From positions 3,410,001 through 3,474,000 of the forward strand of contig OZ249445.1 in assembly GCA_965235115.1 (NCBI GenBank): DNA of 64,000 bases, read 5' to 3'. Position 1 is the stretch's first letter. Each line of letters opens with the position of its first letter. Below, piece by piece: positions 24,196 through 37,178 of this stretch. Both the position numbers and the translations under genes were made by a program. The DNA is from Laetmonice hystrix (taxonomy: Eukaryota). A model generated the notes under the pieces. The model ran no database searches, was not told the origin of the DNA, and saw nothing but the letters and a program-made list of their open reading frames with translations.

Positions 24196-26164
24196 GAAAT
24201 GGTGGCATATACTACTACTGCTCCAGGTTACACAATACTAATGTTTTTATTGAAGAAATTCTAAGACTTACTGATAATACATTTAGTCAGACAGGATATT
24301 TATTTTTAATATTGAATAATATATATTGGGGGGGGGGGGGAGACCTGGGTACAGAGTTTAAATTGAGCCTGGAATCTGACACTAATGAAGCAGTAACAAT
24401 GATTCGACTGTCATTTCTCAATTAGAGCCAACAATTAAGGAGATCGTTGGAAGTCAGTTCTTTCCTAAAGCAGCTTTTATTATCTTAAGTGATTCATTTG
24501 AAATGTAAGCTTTTTGAAAAATCAATATGTTGAGGTTGCAATAAAATGCATGAAGGGTAGTTTTAATTAGGCTTGTCGACAGGGTGATGATCGGCACTCC
24601 TGGAGTAGAACAGAGTCATTCTGGAGTGATACTACTGAGATCTTACCTTCTGCTCGGTGGGGTAAACTAAACAAGTACTTAGAGAACCGAGTGTTTGAAC
24701 AAAGCTAAAATCATTACACCACACGGGGGTAAGCGCAGGCCCGCTGACGAGATATTGAATCGAAGATGCCAAGTTGGTTTAAAATGATTTGTCTTGATCA
24801 ATGATAAAATGAGTTATGGCAGGTTTCTTTGGGCTCTCGGCACGTGTGAAGCATTTATATGGGAGCCGGCATTGCGGCACGACTTGGGCCCAAGACGCAG
24901 AGCTCCAAAGCCGTAGCTGAACCCCGCCCTGAAAGACGCTGCCACGACCGCCTTTGAAAGCACGGAGACATCTAATGCGTGTTTTCCCCTGGTGATAATA
25001 CTCAGTTTCAGGTGGATGAATTTGGAGAGAAATGACATTAAAAGAAAACCACTGTCTGTCTGTAACGTCAGGCGGGGGCATTCTGATGGAAGGGTTGGCG
25101 GTACGGTGAGCCCGGTCGGCAGAAAGGGCCCAGGGGGCTCGGGCCAATGTGTTTGACAGGCGCCCAGGTCCCGCCGTGATTGTGTTTCATGGAGCAGTGG
25201 GCGACCCGTTCAAAATGGAAGGGCAGCCAGCGCCGAATGATTTTTCAGTATTGATTTTTCATGGTCGTGTGCATGGCTTTCTCATCATGGGTGAAGAAAT
25301 GAAATGAAGAAAGACCCTTGCTTTTGTTGTAATGGGCTTGGCTTTCAGTATGGCGGTCGCCACCCCAGTTAGTGATGACCAGCGCGGATCACTTTTGACA
25401 GTAATGGAACCTTGGCATCTCCTTTGTCATCTGCGCTCAGTTCTTCTGAGGCTAGTCTGGCTCACTGAAAGACGGGCCACAATTACATAGAAAATGGCTT
25501 CACTGATTGGATCAAATCTCTGCCATTCATTCCGCACTGAATACCCTCCAAGGAATAATGAAGTAGCAGCTCTGAGTTGAAAAGTGACTTCAATGGGCCA
25601 TAAATTTTTCAGGGACCCAATATACTTTTGTCTTTGCGAGTTTGCTTAATCTATTAATTTTGGTCTCATTTGGCGTGGCCTGCCGTGTGTGTTTAGGGGA
25701 TTCCAGGCGGTGAAATGCCCTGTCAGTGTACTGTGCCATTAGAATTGTGTACCCAAGATCTGATTGGTTGGGGGGAGGGAGTCATATGACCCGAGGAAAT
25801 CTTCCTGAGATTATCTCGGGTGTTGTGTCTGGATTTATGCCTGTCTGGTTTCCAGGCCACAAAGATGCCGGTTTCAGTCTCAATAGGCTCCTTTCAGGAT
25901 GCCAGAAAACTTTATCAGCACTTGACCAAATTCTACTTTGATGCCAATTTCAGAGCTGATGGGTCGAGGGCATGGCATCGAGAGGTCCAATCTATGACCT
26001 CAGAGAAAAGGAAGGTCAATGAAAGGGGTGCCATTATCAGAGAGACCCATTATCCTGTAGACAGTCCTTCTCTACTAATGCCCCAGCCCTAGGATAACCT
26101 TTCTTCTGTACCTGGCTGACCTTGGCCCGGGTCAGCCATGGCGTAGATGACCCTATCATGGACG

Positions 26165-26188
26165 AGGTTAAAGGTCACTGAGAGGTCA
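26165..26188 (+). promoter_or_regulatory. Composite nuclear-receptor element DR1+DR5
   Basis: AGGTTA-a-AGGTCA-ctgag-AGGTCA. Confidence 0.4.
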
Positions 26189-27829
26189 GCTTCAATATGC
26201 AAGATTACATTGTCAGGATTTAATCTAGGCGACAACATGAAACCGAAATATTGACACACGGTAATTCTTCCTTTAAATGTTATCAGTGATATCAGTGACA
26301 TTATTGAAAACCTACTAGTAAGTCGCCCCTACAAATACTTTATGGTTCAGAAATGTGGCTAGATGTAATAATTCGAGCCTGATTTATTGAGATGTGGAGT
26401 TAATTTTACGGACCTGAGTCTTGGTGTTGTCATGAGCCTGTTAATTCCCGTGAGATTGAGTCGAGGGGCCGTGGTGCCGTGAGACGAGAACAATAGTGTC
26501 CCACAGACAGAGTGCCAGCCGCGAGCAGAATGAACCCGTTATGAAAGTTTGACCAGTCCCAAACAACACCTCCCCTCACGCTCGTAAGCAGGCCACACAG
26601 GCCAAACGTTCTCACACATCCATCTATTGTCTCTACGAACTGGGCAGCACAAATTGGGTGGGGTGGCCTGCTCGGTGGCTTCACAACCATTGACAATATG
26701 TTGAAAGGGGCCCTGCTAAAACTGTACGCAACTCTTGGATACTCTTCACGGAGTGTGGGCTGTGGGTTATTGTGTTCACTGAGTGAGGCAGAAACAATGG
26801 GTCACCTGCCAAGCCACTTCTAATATCATGGGAAAACGGGCTTAGATTGCTATAAATATCATATAGAGGTCGGTTAATATTGAAAGGTTTTGTGTAGTGG
26901 GGTTGGTCTATAGGTTTATATTAATTTGTTAATCTGTAATTTTGATTTGCCAGTGAACACCAGACCACCGGGATGGTCGGGGTTAAATTTTAATGTCGGA
27001 AAGTATGAACTATTCTTAATTCCCCTGGTTACCATTATGTGTCATAGTATACAGGTGTAGAACCTACGAATCCTTTCGTGTGGCAGTTCAGAATATACAA
27101 ATAATTTGTATGTAGGTGAAAGAAATGCAGCCAAGGCTAATTGTTGGGAGGCAGTTTAGAGGCCCGGTGTGGCAGGTGGAACCTTGTCGTAACAACGATC
27201 GCATGTGTCGGGGAGGGAGAGATTTAGCTGGAGCCGAGAGGTTGAAGGAGTCGGCTGATGTTACAGGCTGCCAGAATTCTTCTGACCTGAGCGGTTAGTG
27301 GGATCCCGCGGTGGCAGGTCCCCCCCCCCCTTCATCCTGCAGTGGCAGGTCCCCCCTCATCTCGCGGTGGCAGGTCCCCCCTCATACACACACGTGTTTC
27401 CATTGTTTCCAACCCGAACTGTTTGAGATAGAGCCAGGTGAGTTACATCACTCTCACCCAACCTTACCAGCAGCCAATACGACAAGCCAGTTGTCAGTGA
27501 ACCTAACCTGGCCGTTTTCGTGCTGGTATTGACCTTTGGCGGCACAGGGAAGGATCAAGTAATTGGTGGTTCACAGAATGTCAGTCAACAATACCTCTTG
27601 TCGTCAACAACCAAACTAAAGCATGTGGAACAGAGTAGAGTTGGCAGGCGACTTCTATAATTGTTTAGAGTGTGTCAGTGTAACGGACAGGTTATGGGGA
27701 AAATTCTGTCTTCATGCCAAGTGATGTAGAGATGTCAGGCGATCTTAGCTCAGCCTCAGCCCAATCTAAGCTCACTTATGACGTTAACTAGTTAAACTTA
27801 AGCCCATGTTTCTTTTCTCTTTTTTTTAG

Positions 27830-27869
27830 AAGGAAGGCCGGATGTCGCCAGAATCTCCCGCGCCCACGG
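27830..27869 (+). CDS. SoxD: 40-nt internal coding micro-exon of the SoxD-like gene (KEGRMSPESPAPT+G)
   Basis: Strong polypyrimidine acceptor tttcttttctcttttttttAG ends at 27829 and the consensus donor G|GTAAGT starts at 27870. The exon is open in phase 0 and exits in phase 1, which is what is needed to link 6765 to 63941. Confidence 0.75.
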
Positions 27870-28419
27870 GTAAGTTTGCTAATTCTTATTTGTCTAATCT
27901 AAAACGAAGCCATAAGTATATATAAACTAAGTGAATGCACATTGTGCTACCGTCATGACTGATGAATTGTAAATTGCATTCTGGGACAATTTGGTATGTA
28001 AATGGTACAACGTTCGACTAGTTTAGAAATAAGCATCGGAAGTCGCCTGCATATAAAAAGGTAGTATGTATTTGGAATGGGATGTGTGAGTGTGAGTAAA
28101 GTCTGGAGTTTGAATAAGTTCACTTGATCGCGATATTCATGAGGAATAGTTGACTTGTCAAGATCTACTTTTTCTGCGGAACGATCAGTTTCAGTCAACG
28201 CACTGGGACGCTGGAAATATAAAGACACGCGAATAATCTTTATCAACTGACCATGAAGTTGTTCACTCTTCAACATGCATTGCAAAGGGATCCGAGGTGG
28301 AAGTGTGGAAATGTTTCTGTTTTTCATTTTGGAGGTGGTGCCTGTGACTATGTGGAGAGTGTTCAGGTGTGTGTCACGTTGTAGTAGCCTGTCCGCTAGC
28401 TGCGTGGGTCGGTATAGTG

Positions 28420-28433
28420 GCTCCCTCTAGTGG
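28420..28433 (-). promoter_or_regulatory. CTCF motif (reverse, 13/14)
   Basis: Reverse complement CCACTAGAGGGAGC. Confidence 0.45.
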
Positions 28434-29775
28434 ACAGTCAGAAGATGTCATCATTCATCCCACATCATCAGGAGCTGGCCATGCGGCTGATATTCAAAAA
28501 TGTATGGGGGTCAGTCAACAATGAAGAGTGCATCTATCATGAAACTATTGTTACCAGTGTGACACGAGTGGCCACCAATTGCTGCAATGCCATTGCAAAT
28601 GGAGAGAATAAATCACAATTTGAGGCATTCTGACTGCACCATTTATATGTGTATACAAGGCGGAGATAGGAATGACTGTTGCCGGGATCTCCTGATCAAT
28701 GCGCCTCCTCAGTTAGCCACTAACTTAGCCAGTCATTTTTAGTTGGGTGTGCGGTCAGTGAAACCATTGATATGAAATTGTTGGGCAGTGAATGGTATCA
28801 GAATGATGTAATGTTGCTGTCAGGACCTTCAGGTAAAACCTGCCCTGATGGAAGGTAAAGTCGGCCAGATAAACGGCACAGTGACTTTTCAAGAAGTTCT
28901 GCTGGCCAGATTGCATCGCGAACTTTTGGACATGATTTCTTGTTTATAGAAACAAAACATGCAGCGTGATTTAATCGTGCGGTATTTGACTCTCAGATGT
29001 CCTGGCATGATAAGAATGTGTTTTTTTTCTCGAGCTGTTCGCGAGATCTCCACCTGAGCGTGTGTCATGTGACCTCAATTTACAAAATGCTGCAGGTGAT
29101 GTTTCTTTGAAGCATGGACCCCCCAAAAAACGGAATAGGGTTGAGCAATGGATCGCCTTTGTAGTGAGTTAAGCATGTTGATCCCTCGTTTTATAGTCTG
29201 ATCCCTTTGCATCATTGTCCCATCTTATTTCCTGAGGTCGTCAGTCAATGTCAGTAGTCATGGAAGCCATTGCCAGTCCAGCCGGCCTGCCCAGATAAAA
29301 CTTGGATGAGACAACGGTGTGGGCCCTTTTATCTGTCCCAACTTATATGCAGCATTTGCTTACAGCGGCAAGGAAATTTAAACAGAGTATGAGCCGGTCA
29401 CTGGCTACTTGACTTCAAACAAGGCCCGGTCCCAGGTCTCTGACTAATGGGTAGTAAATTAACTCCTCTTGGGGGCCATCTGGGCTGGGCCTAAACCGGC
29501 GCGGCCCCTCCCGTGGTCGTCACCAGCCTTGGTGCTGTAGTAAACTTCCTGCCGGGTGAGAGCGTCCACTACAGTAGTCTTTGTTTGCGACCTGGCAAGT
29601 TTATGCCCCCTGTCGCCACTAGCTGTCAGCTCCCGCGTCTTGTCCTTCCACTGACATTGGATGTGACGCGACCTTGCTGTGACCTTGGCGCTTGACCTCC
29701 TGTCGTTCACTTGACCCGGGGACCTTGGTGAAGGATATGCTGTGTAATGGTACAACATGGAAGCTGGCAGGCTGA

Positions 29776-31201
29776 GGTCTGCGATCATGGTCGGTTCAGA
29801 CCAGCGCTGGGCCATCATGGACCCATGCCATCAGCAGGGTCTGCGATCATGGTCGGTTCAGACCAGCGCTGGGCCATCATGGACCCATGCCATCAGCAGG
29901 GTCTGCGATCATGGTCGGTTCAGGCCAGCGCTGGGCCATCATGGACCCATGCCATCACCAGGGTCTGCGATCATGGTCGGTTCAGACCAGCGCTGGGCCA
30001 TCATGGACCCATGCCATCAGCAGGGTCTGCGATCATGGTCGGTTCAGACCAGCGCTGGGCCATCATGGACCCATGCCATCAGCAGGGTCTGCGATCATGG
30101 TCGGTTCAGACCAGCGCTGGGCCATCATGGACCCATGCCATCAGCAGGGTCTGCGATCATGGTCGGTTCAGACCAGCGCTGGGCCATCATGGACCCATGC
30201 CATCAGCAGGGTCTGCGATCATGGTCGGTTCAGACCAGAGCTGGGCCATCATGGACCCATGCCATCAGCAGGGTCTGCGATTATGGTCGGTTCAGACCAG
30301 CGCTGGGCCATCATGGACCCATGCCATCAGCAGGGTCTGCGATCATGGTCGGTTCAGACCAGCGCTGGGCCATCATGGACCCATGCCATCAGCAGGGTCT
30401 GCGATCATGGTCGGTTCAGACCAGCGCTGGGCCATCATGGACCCATACAACCAGCAGGGTCTGCGATCATGGTCGGTTCAGACCAGCGCTGGGCCATCAT
30501 GGACCCATGCCATCAGCAGGGTCTGCGATCATGGTCGGTTCAGACCAGCGCTGGGCCATCATGGACCCATGCCATCAGCAGGGTCTACGATCATGGTCGG
30601 TTCAGACCAGCGCTGGGCCATCATGGACCCATGCCATCAGCAGGGTCTGCGATCATGGTCGGTTCAGACCAGCGCTGGGCCATCATGGACCCATACCATC
30701 AGCAGGGTCTGCTATCATGGTCGGTTCAGACCAGCGCTGGGCCATCATGGACCCATGCCATCAGCAGGGTCTGGGATCATGGTCGGTTCAGACCAGCGCT
30801 GGGCCGTCATGGACCCATGCCATCAGCAGGGTCTACGATCATGGTCGGTTCAGACCAGCGCTGGGCCATCATGGACCCATGTCATCAGCAGGGTCTACGA
30901 TCATGGTCGGTTCAGACCAGCGCTGGGCCATCATGGACCCATGCCATCAGCAGGGTCTGCGATCATGGTCGGTTCAGACCAGCGGTGGGCCATCATGGAC
31001 CCATGCCATCAGCAGGGTCTACGATCATGGTCGGTTCAGACCAGCGCTGGGCCATCATGGACCCATGCCATCAGCAGGGTCTGCGATCATGGTCGGTTTA
31101 GACCAGCGGTGGGCCATCATGGACCCATGCCATCAGCAGGGTCTGCGATCATGGTCGGTTCAGACCAGCGCTGGGCCATCATGGACCCATGCCATCAGCA
31201 G
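29776..31201. repeat. 62-bp minisatellite, 23 highly homogeneous copies
   Basis: Unit GGTCTGCGATCATGGTCGGTTCAGACCAGCGCTGGGCCATCATGGACCCATGCCATCAGCAG; period 62 (29776 to 29838). Confidence 0.98.
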
Positions 31202-32533
31202 GAAATCGGTCCAAATGATATAAATCCTGTCACACTGCAGGCAAGATCTCCCAGAGTCGTTGTCGTGTCGCACGAGTCGGCGGAGCACTCAGACGGAATG
31301 CGAGCATCCAAAACGGGTTATTAAAGTTTAAAAGTACATAAAGAACAGTCTCAACAGGCTGTAAACACTGGTTGTATTCTTTCGTTTTCCTCCACGAAAA
31401 CGGTAAAAGTTAAGGACAAAAACTGTTGGTGGTAGATGATTCAGATTGAGTCAGTCCCGAGTTGATGTAGATGAAAGGGGACTAACAACCTCGGCAGTAC
31501 ATAGCCAAGATGACTGAACAAAAAAAAGTGGGTTGTCTCCATCACATCATCAACTACATTAGCCATCTCAGATGGTATTCGTATGATTGATTGTACCTTG
31601 TCAAACGGCGGGTGAAGGCAGGAGCCCATTAATAATTGAAACCACACTTTCACGTGCTGCTTGAAATAATAGTCAAGAACAAAGTGTTGATGACCTGTAT
31701 GGTGTAGCCGCTGTGGCCGCCAACCGTGTGAAATATGAAGGGCTGGATACTCGGTTTCTCTGGTTCTTAGTCGTCATGTGGTCGGGCATCTTGTGGGTCT
31801 TCTTTTGTCAAAGACATGGGTAAAAACCACGGGGAATTCAATTAGTCGTTGGCCATTGATGGATGGCAAGTACGCGCTGGCAGTGATTGATGCGGGTAGA
31901 GCTCAAACTGTTTGGTTATTGATATCATGTCCTGTGCGTGCCCTCTGTATTAAAACCTTTCATGTTTCCAACTCCCTGTCAACCCCGACACTGACTTCAT
32001 AGCTACCCATACCCCCAACCATTGTACTCAAACTCAGATAGGTTGGAGTTACATGTTAACACAGTGAGCCATGCGGTCTGGTCCTCAACACGGGCTCCTC
32101 GTGTTGTTGGTGACTCGAGTCCCACTCACCAAGTGGCACCGACGTGTTGGTGTGTGGCTTTTATACAGCGCTCTTACTTTCTTACTTTTATAAATAGTTG
32201 TTTCTCAATGTTAGATTGAATCCTCCCATAATCTGATGGAGATCCTGACGTGTGATCAAGCATGAGATGTTGCGAATCTCAGACGGTCCGCGAAGGGAGT
32301 TTACTGGGACACATGGACCTAACAGTCCGTGGTCTATGTTTGGGTGTTTGAAGGTCTTAGGACAGCCCGCAAGACGGCACCAGGTTTGGGAAGTTCTCCG
32401 AGTCATGGACGGTCCAGGGTAGTGTGAAAACCAGCGATCTCTTCGATCTGTGTATCGATATATAATGCAATCAATTATCACCTATAGTAACGACAATAAA
32501 CCGGACTCATAAAGTGTCCAGTTCGGGGTCAGA

Positions 32534-33079
32534 TTCATGACCTTTGAGTGTGTAAGGAATGGAATGGTTTCATGACCTTTGTGTAAGAAATGGAATGGTT
32601 TCATGACCTTTGTGTAAGAAATGGAATGGTTTCATGACCTTTGTGTAAGAAATGGAATGGTTTCATGACCTTTGTGTAAGGAATGGAATGGTTTCATGAC
32701 CTCTGTGTAAGAAGTGGAATGGTTTCATGACCTTTGTGTAAGGAATGCAATGGTTTCATGACCTTTGTGTAAGAAATCGAATGGTTTCATGAACTCCCAT
32801 TGTAAGGAATGCAATGGTTTCATGACCTTTGTGTAAGGAATGCAATGGTTTCATGAACTCCCAGTGTAAGGAATGCAATGGTTTCATGAACTCCCAGTGT
32901 AAGGAATGCAATGGTTTCATGAACTCCCAGTGTAAGGAATGCAATGGTTTCATGAACTCCCAGTGTAAGGAATGCAATGGTTTCATGAACTCCCAGTGTA
33001 AGGAATGCAATGGTTTCATGACCTTTGTGTAAGGAATGCAATGGTTTCATGAACTCCCAGTGTAAGGAATGCAATGGTT
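32534..33079. repeat. 31/33-bp two-variant minisatellite, about 17 copies
   Basis: GTGTAAG[G/A]AATG[G/C]AATGGTTTCATGA followed by CCTTT (31 bp) or ACTCCCA (33 bp). Confidence 0.96.
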
Positions 33080-34572
33080 TGCGGTGCTGACATTGAGCTA
33101 CCAGATATTACATGTAATACAGGCTGACTGCAGGTTTACTGCTCCAGTATGAACCCCCGCTGAGATTTGTTTGAATTGGTTAGTCTGTAGGCTTTCTGGT
33201 CGGAATGTTGGGTTAGCTGAAGCTGTGGATGGGGAGAGTTTTGGTTTTAGTAAGGATGGTGGCCGGCTCGTATTAAAGGTGTTGAGATGATAGATGTAGA
33301 TTTGAGCCAGTTGTGTGAGCGGGTTTAGTGGTTGGTGTGGGGTGTTGATCCCAGCCGGCGCCGCCTGTTACCCGGCTCTCCCGTTCGGGTTGTCACCGGC
33401 CGACAGTCCCGGCCCCCGGCCGTCCGGCGCCCCCTCGCCCGCTGCATTACGCCCTTTATATGTAATATCAACCATAAGCTAATGTCAGCCGGGGCGTGTG
33501 CGGGTGGCCGTCGACCTCCGACCGCCTCCGACCATCACTCAAGGCGGGGTGTCACCAATCTCTGTTACATTAACACCAGCCTGATGGCCGGGATAACCAC
33601 GCCGACTGTTTCGGCGGTGTCCACTTATCCACGCCCATTTTTCACCGTCCACTCTGAAAGGCTACCTGTTGAAATATTGACCGTTACAAATCCGCATCCA
33701 ACCCCCACCACAGCCTGGCCCATCATTGTCCGATACGCGTATGAAAAAGGTAATTAAGAAGCGAAGGCCTCACTAAGCAGAGTTAAGAAGCGCTGAAGAC
33801 AGGTAGTCCCTGAGGAGGCAGTGTTTTGTGTGAGCGTGGTGGTGAACTCGATGATGTATGAGAATTGTTGTGTCACCGCCAATGTTGCCACTCTAATCCT
33901 CCGCCCGGCTTCGTGCATCTCCCTTTCAGCGCTTTTGAAAACCACCATATTGAGGTAATTTTCGGACTGTCTTGGCGAATTCATGAGTATTGAGGAGAGT
34001 TTGTGTGCGACAAAGGCGGTCGAGTTGTTAGTGTCATGGAGCAGGGAGTCGGGAGCAGGTCGCGGTCAGGTGGTGTCTGTAGATAAGTTAGCCGAGCCAG
34101 GCGGGCCCCCGGCGGGCGAGCCCGGCTAGCCGCCAGCCTGTCACACCGACAATCACCCCACCACGGCCGCACACACACCCTCCTCCCGGCCAGTTGTTCC
34201 TGCTCGTCACCCTGACATTGTCGTCGGGAGGTGAACTCCCTCGCTCGCTTCTTATCATCGCCAGGAAAGAAACTGGCACACAAAACAGGCCCGGATCTTG
34301 CTGCGGGCTGATTGGGGTCCATTTGGGCGTCCGTTGTGTTCACTGCTCACCCTCTGTTCTTACCCCCGTGTGTTCCCCACTCCAAACACCCCACTACCTC
34401 CTGGGGGCCCAGTGACATGCCCTAACCCCCACCCAGTCCCGTGGGCCCCCGGGTGGAAGGGCTCGCCGTCTTCACTGAACGACCTCAGCATGTCTTTCAC
34501 TGATCGGCCTGGCTGGACATGAGAACCGGGGTGGAGGTTTGACCATGTGGTTGATTACATTTACAGACGGAC

Positions 34573-34743
34573 GGTTGCTGTCAGCGCACCACAAGGTGTT
34601 CAACAGTATTGTGTCTGTAGACCGTACCTGCTCAAGTCATAGCCCGTCAGTGTATGGAGATTGCCGTCAGCGCACCACAAGGTGTTCAACAGTATTGTGT
34701 CTGTAGACCGTACCTGCTCAAGTCATAGCCCGTCAGTGTATGG
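34573..34743. repeat. 86-bp tandem duplication (2 copies)
   Basis: GTCAGCGCACCACAAGG...CCCGTCAGTGTATGG at 34580 and 34666. Confidence 0.93.
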
Positions 34744-34989
34744 GGGTGATCAAAGGTAGACTGTTAGCTGGTATAGCCCCCACCCACGCACAACCCGAGC
34801 AGTGCTACCCTGTGAGAACCCCAGCAGGACAGACCCCACTCGAGTATATCACAGCCGGCTGGCCTGCTAACGGTTATTACCGTGAAATAGCGGCACTATG
34901 ACACAGTGGTAATGAATGTATACGCCCAGCGCCCATCCAGTAACAGCAAAAGTACAAGTTGAGGGCTCAGGGATTGAAACAGTAATTCA

Positions 34990-35150
34990 ACAGGAACAGA
35001 ATGAGTGGCAGGGACGATTACAAAAACAGAAACAGAACGGGAGAAACAGGGGCAAGAACAAAACCAGAAATAGAAATGCCAGAAACAAGGGCAGTTACAG
35101 AAATAGAAACAGGGCCAAGAACTGAAACAAAGAAGTAACCTATAGTAGGG
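34990..35150 (+). repeat. Degenerate purine-rich (ACAGAA-like) low-complexity tract
   Basis: Runs such as AAACAGAAACAGAAC and CAGAAATAGAAAC. Confidence 0.6.
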
Positions 35151-37164
35151 GTAACTGTATAGTAAGTTCTATTATTGGGACACCGGGCTACAGGCCTATT
35201 TATCCAATGCTATAGACTCTGTGTATGAAGAGTTAGGATAGAGTTAATGGAGAGAGAACAGCCTCCGTGTTATTACCAGTGGCTGATCGTTATTGTTTGT
35301 AATACGGAGAGAAAGTGTTGATTGGCTGTGAGCAAAGTGTGGTTCACACACTTGGTCTGGGGGCCATTGATGTCAGGACGTGTCAGCCATCTTGTGTGCC
35401 CATCACACCCCTCGTACATCAGAGCAGCCAGTTGCAGGCCCTTGATGCCCTTTCGGCACCCCTCTCGGCACCCCCTCCTCTCACCCCCTCACCCCTTGGT
35501 CAAGGTGCGCATGTTCAGATTTTCATAGAGCCCGCGTGGTCAGCCGAGCGTCCGGCCAGCGTGTGGGGTGATGGGGCGGGAACGGGGACAGCTGCGCCTC
35601 TAGCGGCCAGAGCTTCAACTTGATAATGGAGGACATTTTTCATGACACTCTGTAAATCAGCGCCCTGTGATCCAGCCGACAGCCGATCTGACACTCTTAC
35701 TTAGAGATAATAACCATGTTATTTGTCTTCCAGCAACCCATCAATGGCTCACACACAGAATACCAATTGGAAACGTATTTTGACCACATCCCGACTGTGC
35801 GGCCCTCCGTTTCCGTTTCCGGGGTTCATACCGAACTGTGAATCGTTCCCCTAAATCCGGTTTCTTCTTACCGGATGACACTTTTGTATTGGGTGGCAAG
35901 TTTTGATGGCACGTTTTGCGGAGAATTTGCAAGCAATTCTGTTTTTTCCTAATCAATAGGAGCAGTGCGGAGGGCGTGTACGTGGGACTATTAGAAGTGG
36001 CTGGCACTGGCAGGTTGATATCCCTGGCCCGTTTTGTCTCTGTCACTCAGGCAGTACTAGGGATCATCGTACCGAATAAATCAGTACTAACTGGGTTTGG
36101 ACGAGTAAAACACAGGTGCAGCGGTCGCTAACGAGACCAATCTACGTGCGAGCAGTAGCCCAACAATGTTCGTCGTTAGCCGGGGCCACGGCCAAGGCGA
36201 CGACAAAATGGATGATAAAGGTATTCTAGGTAAATTCATCAATATCATTTCCCTTTAAATAATGCGGCTGTATTGACCGGTCGCGTGGCCTGCCCACGGT
36301 CGTGCAATGCTCAGCTATTGCCACAAATGGAATTTGGCTGGCGGCGAACGGAAGTTTTCGGGGCGAGATTAAAGGGATTGTAGGAGGAAATTTAACCTTG
36401 CCGTTACGGGAGGCTAGCTGGAGGTGGACATTGTTTGGGGACGGTGGAATACAAGGAAGTTCTCCAGATTGAATGTGAGCTGTCGATGGTTGGTGTATCC
36501 CAATCACGGCCGCAATGATTGGGTGGTGGGAAGTGTGCGGCACCCCTGCTACTGCGGCACACAAAGACTGGATGGTCCGGGAGGTGGAGGGCGCTGGCAG
36601 GGAGGGAGGGAGGGATTGGGAGTGACCATCTCGCTAACCACCACATGATATCGGCCTCCCAACACCCGTCTCCAACCGTCCCCTCCCGCCTGACCAACCG
36701 GCCGGCCGTGCGCCCCAACCCGTGCTCTCATCAAGCGGGCAGTGGGTCCCTACTGTCAATATTGTATTGGCTGCTGCCCCGCCGTGGGTACCTCCCACAA
36801 CCTGCCATTCATCACAATATCTCCCATTATCATACACAGTGGACAGCCCTGATTCTTCTTAATGCACTTAACAGAAAATTGGCTGCCAGGCATTGCAGAA
36901 AGTCAGCACGCGCACCTTGGTGGTGTCCTTTGATGCTTCAGGTCAGGGAGATTGACTGACTGTCGAGTTGACCTGAAGAACACCAGGTAGCTGTCAGACG
37001 AGGTCTTTGTACAAATCAAAGTCTGTGTCGGTGTAATGGCGAGGTGGAATTATTTCTGTATTAAACATGACAGGAGTGCAGCACCGGGAGTCACTCCAAA
37101 GGGCCCGGTCTGACAGGACCTCTGGGTCTCACCCCCAGCCCGCCCGCCCACCCACCCACCCAGA

Positions 37165-37178
37165 GCGCCCCCTGGTGG
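37165..37178 (-). promoter_or_regulatory. CTCF consensus motif (reverse)
   Basis: GCGCCCCCTGGTGG; reverse complement CCACCAGGGGGCGC is the textbook core. Confidence 0.65.

Noticed and set aside
24720-24770. Hammerhead-ribozyme-like core (CTGACGA-GAT..ATC-GAA with a possible stem I)
   Set aside because: Position 15.1 is G rather than A, there is no UH cleavage triplet, and stem III cannot form.
29747-31324. Long ORFs (525, 488 and 404 aa)
   Set aside because: They are translations of the 62-bp minisatellite, with no splice signals or homology. The same applies to the ORFs over the repeats at 1045-2110, 21138-21980, 23449-24208, 32756-33074, 55612-56260 and 62643-63299.
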